A DNA stretch of 64,000 nt, from positions 8,308,001-8,372,000 of the forward strand of contig OZ234494.1 of assembly GCA_965153455.1 (NCBI GenBank), written 5' to 3'. The DNA is from Sphagnum compactum. Its lineage: Eukaryota. A program made the position numbers and the translations under genes. Positions 54,151-64,000 of the stretch are shown one piece after another; positions within the stretch are counted from its first letter, which is position 1; every line of letters begins with the position of its first letter. The notes below the pieces were generated by a model, which saw only the letters and a list, made by a program, of their open reading frames with translations, did no database searches and was not told where the DNA came from.

Positions 54151-55899
54151 TAATAGATGACTTCTTCCTATTTATTCCAATGAGTTTGGAATATTTGGGC
54201 TTATATTATTGGACCAATATTTAGTGACAACTAGTTTTCTTACCAATTTTATGTGCCGAGATAGATCAACTTTAACTATAATCTCTTTTGCTCACATTCT
54301 TTCATTGATTCAAATTAGGTGAACTTTTTAAAGTCATTTCATCACTATCTCAAATAGATTAGTTTTGTTGGTTTTCCACAAGAAAGAAATATAAGGTTTA
54401 TTTAATGGACTTCAACCATCTTGTGGGGACATTGACATAGTTGCGAGCTAAGGTGCATTTTGATGTGGTATACATAGGCTTGGAACAAAGGAAATAGGCA
54501 AAGAGATTAAGAGCCTGAAAAAAATTACATGCAAAAGCCATGGTTACTATAGTGTCAAAATGAACTTTCAAATGTATAAAGAGCATTGATGAGAAGGGCA
54601 AAGATTATGCAAGAGAGATTCTTTAGGTTTAGAACAACTCCATCCTATCTTGCACATTACATTTTGGATGGAATACTACATATAAATATTGGTTTGAGTC
54701 AATAGATGTTATTAGGGCCAACACAAATCCACAAAGGATCCAATAAAACTAAATGCCCTTGCACATCAAGGGCACATTAAAATGAGTGTTGTTCATTGGT
54801 CAATGTAATGATTGGCCCAAATGTCACACTTAAATTATCTCTCACCTTTACATTGTCCCATTTTCATGTTTATGGGTGGGAGTTGAGAATTAATTAGTAC
54901 CCCTTTTGGATATAATAAAGGTATCTACAAGCCCAAATAGGGGGTGTGGGTGGAGTTGCTCTTAGTATAATCGAGTTTCCAACAATTGCAATTGTCAACT
55001 TTAGGGCACAAACATGGAGGCTTAGCTTCAATGTCATTGTATTTTTCTTTTACACACTTCACCCATGCATTGTAGGAGCATGTTTTGAAAGGAGATAATA
55101 AAACCTTGTTGGTTTGGTTTTTAAAAAATGGTTTTGATGCATCATATTCGTATAAGATGCGATGATTAGCAAAAGTTATTGCATAATTTAAATTCTATTG
55201 TGGATTGGATAGATTGTTTGATTGGTCCCCATGGCACAATCGCCCATTGTTGTTGATGGGTCAAAATATTCGATTGGTCCACTTGCTTTGCTATTAGTGG
55301 TTCTTCGTTTTTTTTAACAATCTCACCTTCAAGTTTATGGATGGCGTTTGGGATATGTAATTAAGTGATAATTGCTAGTTGTATTCTCTGTGATTGTAAT
55401 TCTGGAGTTAGGCTCAAGAAGCGATGGCAGTAGCAACGGCTGGTGGTGGTGTCATCCAAAAAGAGGAGTACAGAGAGGAATCAATGGATGAGAGAATTGT
55501 GAGGAAAATGCAGAAGCACTAGGAGGGTTTTAAGCGGCTGTGGTAGAAGAGGGAAAATGAGTTACAACCATAACTGACGATGGAGAAAGGGAGAGTGGGG
55601 AATGGTGCACTTGGGGGTGGAAATGTGTTGTTGAAAAGATAGTGGAGTGAAGTGTGGCAACGAATGATAGTGGGAAAATTATGATGAATGCCATGACTAG
55701 ACCCGCCAATTAGCTCCTCAATTCGCAAGTACGTATTCTACTATTGTGTTCTTGCATCATCTGGGCCCACCATCCCTAATGAACTCCTACAACGACATGA
55801 AAGTATTTCTTTTTAGGAAAGTAGTTTTGGGGGGGGGGGGAGATGCTTGAATTTTTGCTTTTTAGGGGTTTTGGGTGTAATAGTTTTTTAAAAAAAATT

Positions 55900-58800
55900 T
55901 AATGGTTCCTTCTTTGTGTCCCCCATTAGTGCAAATACCCCTTGTCTTCATTGTTCTGGCCTTTACACTTCAAGCGGCCTCTCAAAGCATGTCAAAAGTG
56001 CCCACCTTCCTACTAGCCTCGTTTCCTAAGTTAGCCGAGTTTTTTTTTTTTGCAAGTGTATTCCCCTTCTTGTGCTTCTCCTTGGTTTTATTCTTCTTGC
56101 TTCTTGGGGTTAACTTCGAATTCAGTCTAGCTCCATTTTGGGGTTGTTTGAGTCTCGCTTCACATGCCCTCGTTTGTTCTGCAGGATCCCTCAAGCCATC
56201 CAAGACGAAGTCAGGTAGGCTTTTTGTTTACCCCTTGATTGAATTGATCGAGACCTAATGGATGAATCGACATGGTTCCTTTTCCTCTTGTTGCCTCATT
56301 GGTGTTTGCGCTATACTCAAGGGGATCATTCAAGTCATCAAAAAAATTGTGCTCATTTCAAAAGGTTTATGGCGAGTGTCTGGTCTTCTCATGTGCACCA
56401 TGTTCTCACCACTCATGGGAAGATTCTTCGGCCACTCATTTTCACCAATCTTTAACTTTAGGGAAAACCAATGAGTATAATTACATGGCTAAAACTCTCC
56501 AACCCATGACACCAATTATTCATTTGGAAAACATTATTGTTGCCCTGCACCAATTGCACCCCCTTCCTTTAGACCTTGTCCTTCCACCTATTTTTGATTA
56601 TTAGCCTATGCACACCTAAATAGGACTCTGTTTGCCCAAGCCTTAACCATTGTTCCCCATTTATCTTCAGGTGGGTTTTCTGGGATGGTATATGAGCATT
56701 TCTCAGGATGCTTCATACAAAAGGACCCATCCTCAAGGTTTTCGGAATTATTCCAAACTGTTACTATTGTTACTCGTGGGGATATCCCTAGGTTGGTGGC
56801 CTTAATGTTGGGAGCTAGATTGTTGGCAATGGCAAAAGACATTGGTGGTTTTCTTTTATTACCGTAGGCGAGGTGTTTCTTCAACTTATTAGTCGTTCCA
56901 TTGTCCTACAACTTTAAAGGCCGTTTCAGGAGCACTTATCCCCCCATCAATTTAGAGTATCGACCCTTAAAGGTTGTGAGGCCATCCCTTTTGGTGTCCA
57001 AACCCTCTTCGACCTACACCTTGATTGGGCTGTGATGCAAGTCGACATCGAAAACGCTTTTAATAACGTTTCTTGAGTTGCTATTTTTAAAAAATTATGT
57101 GATGTTGGAGGGACCTTTAACGAGCATTGTCCCCTTTACTAAGTTGTTTTATGGCACTCATTCTCCTTTTTACTACTAACACAGGCGGCATGTGGAGGGG
57201 GTCACCATTATTGAATCATCTTCAAGCATGAGGCAGGGTGACCCCCTAGGATGTCTTTTATTTGTTTTAGCCCATTATCGAGTTCTTTCATATACCATCA
57301 CGCAGGCCCCCAAATGCGTCTTTCCATCCCTAGCAAATGATACCCACATCATGGGGCCTATGAATGAAATTTCCCATGCCTTTGACCACCTTTCAACCCA
57401 ATTAGCCCAAGTTGGGCTTAAGGTCAAAGTGTCAAAGTGTAAGTTTTGAAGTCCATCAAGGATCTCTCCAGGAATAAAAATTCCTTAGTGTTACACTTTG
57501 GTCACAGATGGCTTATGCATTTTGGGTGTGCCAGTGGGTTTTCAGGACTTTACCACACATTTTTTGGATGAAGCTTTATTTTAAGACGTGGCACATATTG
57601 ATGATTTTCCTCTCCTGGGAAATGCCCAGGTTGCTTTGGGCATTTTGTCCTCATGTGTAGCTCGTCAACCTTCTCATCTCACAAAGATAATACCTCTTTC
57701 TTCTTCCTTCCTATCTCTTTTAGCAGGTTTCAATAGGAAAATTATGCAGGTATGTGAAGACATTATGGGTCCAGGATCGTGAGAGTTTTTTCAAGGCCCC
57801 TTAGTGAGGTGTCAGGTTCGACTATCGATATCCTTTGGTGGCATAAGCCTTCTCTCTATGGAAGATTGTGCCCCATCTACTTTTTTAGGGAGTTGGGCTT
57901 TGGTGGTTTTGTATTTGTGTTCCAAGTTTTGTATTTTCGATAGGCCCATTTTGGAGGAGTATGTTTCTCAGGTTGAGGGGGACCCACATCTGCTTTAGTC
58001 ATGCTTACGTGTTGTGCGAAATGGCCTTCCTCATGCAGCTAAAGAGATGCACCCTTCTTTTGAAAGCTTGACTATTACTGGCACCCCAAGTCTACAAGCT
58101 TCTTTGATGAACATCCACCACAACACATCTTTTAAGTATATTTTGGAAGATGATTCCATCTCCTTAGCATCCAAAACTCGCATTCGTTCTTGTTCGAGAA
58201 AAAGGGCAAGGCTATGGTTGATTGTTGGGCCATCTATTTGTTCATTTTGCATCGCACATTCTACTTTCACCTTAGCATTCCGTTTTCATCTCGATTTGAT
58301 TCAACCCTCGGCATCTAGTTTTTTCACATGTGAGTGTGGACATGAATTGGACGCATCTTGCATGCATTTAGCTTGTTGCCCATTTGGGTCAGCGGATAGC
58401 CGCACATGATGCCATTCGAAACGCCATGTATGCCTTCATTCGAAAGAATGGGCACACTATATGGAGAAAGCGCTGGTACGCCCTTACATCAAAAGTTTCA
58501 TTATGAGTCAATCTTTACATGACCCGAAAGGACAATGTATTTATTGCCGATGTGGTGGTTATTGACCCGACGCGAAAGACAGTGACTTCAAGCGTCATTA
58601 GTCAACCAGTAGGTGCAATTGCAAAATTTAACGTCATTGCTAAGATCTGCAAATATAAAGGGCTTTAGGAGGGCACCATTTTATTTCGATGGACATGGAA
58701 GTGCCTAGCGCACCCGAGCATGATATGGATCGTTTCATCAAAGAGTGTGCTCATCTTTTTTCCACGATAGACAATTGAGAGGTTATTTATCTTTGTCTTT

Positions 58801-59110
58801 TTGCATTGAATTTTTTAAGCAACGTGTTAGTATTGCTCTCCAATGTGCTTTAGCCTCTACTATAGAAAGGAAGATTGCTTTGGCAGGCGATGTTTATTCT
58901 AGACCTCCCATTACTACTAGATCTCACGATTTGCACGCTAGCAACATTAGAGGGGTTGTGGATGAGATAGCTTCCTACCATGAGAGACACCAACTCTCTC
59001 CCTCTTTTTGGGCCCTTTGGGCTATTCGTCTTTTGGCCTTTCTTTGGGCTTCCCTTTTTGTCTCCACGGGATGGTTTTGGCCATCGATTTTTTTATTGAA
59101 TTTTTGTTTA
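55900..59110 (+). mobile_element. Decayed non-LTR retrotransposon with RT, zinc finger and restriction-like endonuclease (CRE/NeSL/R2-type)
   Basis: QVDIENAFN, RQGDPLG, LANDTHI (YxDD position), LGVPVG, GGISL, CECG...D...HLACC followed by HD, DVVVID, FFKQRVSIALQ; many stops and frameshifts; boundaries approximate. Confidence 0.85.
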
Positions 59111-59369
59111 TCTATTAAGTGCTAATGGATGTGAAAAATATTGATGCAAGCCTAGATACCCAATATGTGTGGAGATGCTCTAATAATGCACCTGGACTTT
59201 CATTTGAAATGTATTCAAAGGACATGCTTACCACATATGAAAAGGTGCCACCCTATCTGCTAATCTCTCCTTGGGCCTCTTAACTTTTCAGCCTCTGTTT
59301 TTCCACTTTTGATTAGGTCTATATGCCAACAAGTTGTGTATTCTCAAGAAAAGGACATGGAGCATAAGA

Positions 59370-61034
59370 ATGTTGCCTTTGATGCTCACTACACTGCTGT
59401 TGCTTGCAGCTGCCTTGTTTCCTCCAGTGGGTGGACCCAATTTTGATTTCTACTTTTTTGTGCAAATGGTATGTATATTCATCATTGAGAAAAAAAACCC
59501 CCCCAATGTCTTAGAGAATCATCAAGTATGGAGCAAACCAGATGCTGATTGTTAATGCCAGCTATGGGGTGTCTGAGAGAGGATTTCAGCACACTTGCAT
59601 GGCGATTAGCAATTACCTCAATCTAACAAATAGATCAAAACATATCAAATAGATCGGGCTTCCAAAACTAAGCCACATATTTGGTTTTTGTCAAGACCCA
59701 TTCTGTGCATTATTGGCTGTGATTTTTGCAGATCTCTATATTTCAAAGTTTGGTACTAAAACAGTGATGGTGTATTGATATACAAAACAGTGGCCAGGAT
59801 CATTATGTAACACTTCAGGAGGGTGCTGCTATCCAAGATCTGGGAAGCCAGAATCAAATTTCCAAATCCATGGGTTGTGGCCAAGCCGGACTGATAGCTC
59901 CTATCCATCAAAGTGTGGTGGAAACTTTGTGTTCGGCGAAGTACTCACTGCCTCTTTACTATGATCACATTTACATACTGCTCTCTTCATTGGCTGTTGG
60001 TTTGTGGTTTTGGTACTCCAGATTTCTTTGAGTCTCAGTGGATTTTGGGTCAATATGTTTTAGACCTAGATTTTGGGCTCATTAGTCATTCCACTACAAG
60101 AGAATGTGGTTTTTCTCACATAAATAGCTGCAGCTCATGACACATGTGTGAGGTAACCCTTGTGGTTTCATTCATTACAATGTACAAGATGTGGTGTTTA
60201 TTGTGGCATAGATTACATTAAAATAGCAATTTGGCATTAGGTAATGGCACATGTAAGACAAATGTAATGGATGAAACCACAAAGTTTACTGGACACGTGT
60301 CATGAGCCACAGCTTTTTGTGTAAGAAAAACCACATTCTCTTGTAGTGTTCATTCATACAGTGCTGATAGTTCAACAGCAAATCAATCAGACAGAAAGAG
60401 AGAGTGGGGTTTTTCTATGGGGCTTCTTCACTTGTGTGGCAGATAAAGGATCTCACCGAGGAATTGAACTTACACTGGAACAAATTATCATGCCCATCAA
60501 GCAACAACAGTCCATTCTGGAACCGTGAGTGGTCAAAGCATGGAACATGCTCAGGATTGACAGAACATGCATACTTCAAAACTGCTCTTAATCTTTACAC
60601 CGCATACAATCTCACTGCAGCCCTTGCATCTGCAGGTAGGTGCTTTCTGAAAATTTGGACCTAAAATTTCACTATAATTTATGCCCCCACATTCTGATTT
60701 CCTAATTGGCAAAGATTGAGCTGCTTGCAAGATCTACTGTTTCTTCTTTTGTGCCCTAAATCCTTCTCCAGGGGCACAACTAATGTGGAGTTCTGAGATG
60801 ATTGCAGATATTCTACCAAATGGGCAACTGTACACTTCAAAGCTTATATTGAAGGTGTTGACTACAGCCCTGGGGCAGACCCCGCTTATTGAGTGCAATA
60901 GGTCTGCAAAATTGGGTTACAGCCAGTTTTATCAGATCTATATGTGTGTCGATAAAGATGGCAAGTCCCTCATCCCATGCCCCGTTACCATCCCCAATCA
61001 GTGCAGAGCAATTGTCTACTTTCCACCTTTCTGA
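59370..61034 (+). CDS. Secreted RNase T2 family ribonuclease; exons 59370-59468, 59791-59940, 60443-60635, 60809-61034
   Basis: Signal peptide, FDFYFFVQMWPGS, CAS-I FQIHGLWP, CAS-II FWNREWSKHGTC, conserved Cys and C-terminal FPPF. Confidence 0.93.
60092..60348. mobile_element. CACTA MITE (257 bp) in RNase T2 intron 2
   Basis: CACTACAAGAGAATGTGGTTTTTCT...AGAAAAACCACATTCTCTTGTAGTG; imperfect inverted repeat extends ~85 bp; TSD TTC on both sides. Confidence 0.92.
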
Positions 61035-62879
61035 AACTTTACTTCAAGATCACCAGCTAGACTGGCTGCCCCAACAACTTCAACACATAACCTTCGTGTG
61101 TTTTGGTCCCTCCAAATTGAACACCTAATGGGTCACTTTTAAAAACTGGTTTAGATTTTGTTTCAATTCTGTTGAATCTTTTCTGCTGATCTGCAAACCA
61201 ATCTCAGCTGAACATGACAAAGACTTGAGAGCCCAAACTCCCCCTGTCCCATTCCATTGAGCAAATCCCCAAATGGAGTTTCTGTCTGTCATGTTCATGG
61301 CAATCCCGACTTTAAAAACTTGGGCTCTGTGCTGCTGTGCACTACCAATCAACCGATGGAAAAAATGAATTGATTTTGTGAAAATTGAGTTCCATTCAAA
61401 TGAAAATATTGAATGACATTTCATTGCAACTTGAATTCAATTCATGGCAATCCCTACTTACAAAATTTCTATAAGTTCAATCTCCCAAGTGGATGACGAT
61501 CCTTTGCAACTGCAAATTGAACAGTTCCTTCCCCAACAGGCACTTCTGAAGCCCCAAAAATCTTCCTGGCAAAAGAAGACACTGGACAAGCCTTGTGTAC
61601 AATCTGCAAACCATAGTTTCAAGTCCACAGGAAGGATACCTCCTGTTGAGGTCAACTCACTGTCTACCGAATTAAAACATTGCTTCCTGCTGGTCGGGTT
61701 GTTGAATCCTATGTTTCCATCACTGATCTAAATTATGGAATACCATTTGCTCGGTTGTTTTGCCATGTTGCCAAGTATACGAGCTCTAAAAATCTCAAAT
61801 TGCTCTTGAAACATGGTTCAAAAAAACTCCAGAGGCTAACTTGAAAGGGTTAATCTCAAGCTTCAAGGAAAATCAAATCAAACATTAAAAAAGTTTGAGC
61901 ATATTTTTAGGCAACTTGAAAATTGTTGGGTTTTCATTTTTGGGTAGAAGTTTGGGAAGCCTGTAATCTTTGGGAATTTCATGTATTAAAGCAGCTTGTA
62001 ATCTTTTTTAATTTTGGGCAGTTTGAAGAGCATTCAAACAATTCGCAAGATGAAATCAATTTAGTGACCTGGCAATGTCGCATTGCTGATGTGAAGTTGG
62101 TGATTTGGCAATGTGAAGTTGATGATCCGGCAAAGTGGTAAAGTGGATTGATGACTTAGCATTTTGGCACAGTGGACTTGATAATATAGAAAACGTCAAC
62201 TCTGCAAAATAGCCAAGCAAACAATATTCCATATATTACAGTCTTTTTGTTGCATTCTATCATATTTCACACAATCTACTAAGAAGAATTATGAGGTACA
62301 ATAGGTTACCAAATAGCATGCATTCATGTCCATGCTGAGTAGAGAACTAATTGAGTGTACTCCATGAACAGTATTCAAGTCTACAACCTGGAACCTGAAC
62401 CATCAAATCTGATTTTGCCAAGCTTTTTCCACACTTAGAACTGCTATATTTGTAATCTTGTGATGAAAGAAAAACCTTTGCAGGTTTCGCATTGTGCAGT
62501 TTTAGCAATTCACAACTATACCAGAATTAATCAGTGACATGAAGGTAATAAGTTGGAGTGCATTCCAATCACTTTACAAGCTGTGACACATAACACTTGA
62601 ACACGGCGGAGAATGTTCACCTTTCTACCTCATGATCTAAGCAAACAACATAGCATTTGAGATTATTACACCTAGTTGTGGAGAACATAAACCCTATGTC
62701 CCAAAAGGATTTCATGGAAGGACTCTCCATCAAGAAAGAAGTGAAAATCACATTCTATGATTATTATATGCATAGCTGTAAACAAATAGATAATTTTTTG
62801 GAAAGATGGAGCCTCATGTGCAACTGAGTCTTAGCATTAGTGCACTCTAACCTATGCAGAGTCGTTCTAGAGAATTACT

Positions 62880-63400
62880 TTTTTTCTTTTATTGATGACT
62901 AGTGTAGCTTGTGTCATTGGCCCAAATGTGAACATATTCCTTAGTTTTCAGAATTGAAAATTTCTAAATTTGGCAATGTAAACACATTGAGGGCTCAACT
63001 GATTTTTCTTTCTGAACCCAATTTTTGCAATTTGTTTGAATTTGCAGAACAAAATTCACCCAAAAATCAATATCTTTCACGCCTTAGCTCTGAAATTTGT
63101 GAAATAAACTCTATGAAATTTAACTTGTCAAGGGCTTTCCAATAACACCAAGAATGCCCCCAAATTCCAACACAATTTTCAGTTTCGATTTTATTTAAAT
63201 TTTATTGAGCAAATTATTCAATAATCAATAGCTTCCACACCGTAGCTCCAAACAATCTCAAACCAAGTTGATGCACCCCTACTCATCAAGAGCTTTTTGA
63301 AGATACCAAGAACACAACATAAAGCACCATGGTTTGGGAGATCTCAACGTGACAAACAAAACAAACAAAACAAAACAAACTATTTTGTTTCATAAATAAA
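62880..63400 (-). repeat. Copy of the same dispersed repeat family as 52.7-54.1 kb
   Basis: GGGCTTTCCAATAACACCAAGA, CCCCTACTCATCAAGAGCTTT, TGGTTTGGGAGATCTC and GTGACAAACAA resemble the 53-54 kb copies. Confidence 0.7.
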
Positions 63401-64000
63401 ATTTTCATGAAAGTCATCTTATTGTTTGTTGTGCAATAGAGGAGAAATGAAGCACCTTAAGTTTTCCCATGTGAAATCAATAGTAAATTCTCAACTTGGC
63501 AATAGCAAAATTATGCAAACCTTAAGCATGCAACTAAAACAATAAGCAAAACAATAAACTTCATAGCATGTAATCACAATAACACATGTTGCAACAAGTG
63601 TAACAATGCTTTCATTATTAATAATATTTTAAGTGACCTCAAATGTTGTGAAAATGACATAATCAACAATAATTTTGTATGCATTCACATGTTAATACAA
63701 TGTGACAATTTTTTGTTAGGGTATTTTTTGTCATGAAAAAATCAAAGATAAAAAACCCATCACCTTTTGTAATTAATGTCAATTTGTCATAGCATCTAAA
63801 ATAAACAACCCATTGCTTTCTAAGCATCACCTAAATGGGAAGGTATCTTTCCTTTATTGTGGTTGCACTCCATCTACAGTTCATGTGAAGTCAATTGCAC
63901 AAACAATTTTAAATGGTTATTAGGGTAATTAAATTTGGGTCACAAACTTATCACAAATTCACATTGGACTTGCCATCACCCAAACTTTAATAAGAGTCAC

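Noticed and set aside
61470-62640. Possible terminal exons of a minus-strand gene (IVHKACPVSSFARKIF...)
   Set aside because: Splice-like signals are present, but there is no recognisable protein family or consistent gene model

Overview
Eukaryotic land-plant nuclear DNA with GT-AG introns, telo-boxes and TTTAGGG tracts. The gene and repeat style suggests a moss such as Sphagnum, which is an inference. 1-13 kb is gene-dense: a head-to-head RPS19/RPL36 pair, a head-to-head pair of an unknown organellar membrane protein and a DUF1499-like thylakoid protein, a degenerate telomere-like tract, and a Lin28-like cold-shock/CCHC gene. 13-43 kb is AT-rich and TE-rich, with a PIF1-helicase relic, an EDM2-like PHD pseudogene, a Harbinger relic and a complete 8.7-kb CACTA element (21507-30210, TSD ATA). 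43.6-51.4 kb is RFC1. It is followed by a decayed RLE-type (CRE-like) non-LTR retrotransposon and an RNase T2 gene with a 257-bp CACTA MITE in intron 2. The main finding is that the CACTA element carries a SET-domain (lysine methyltransferase-like) exon inside the first coding intron of its transposase gene. A shared zinc-finger exon can splice in frame to either the SET exon or the transposase. The element also has a divergent, intact TnpA-like gene with an acidic tail and clusters of a TTGCGA motif in its non-coding parts. Together these suggest a transposon-encoded chromatin or anti-silencing module.
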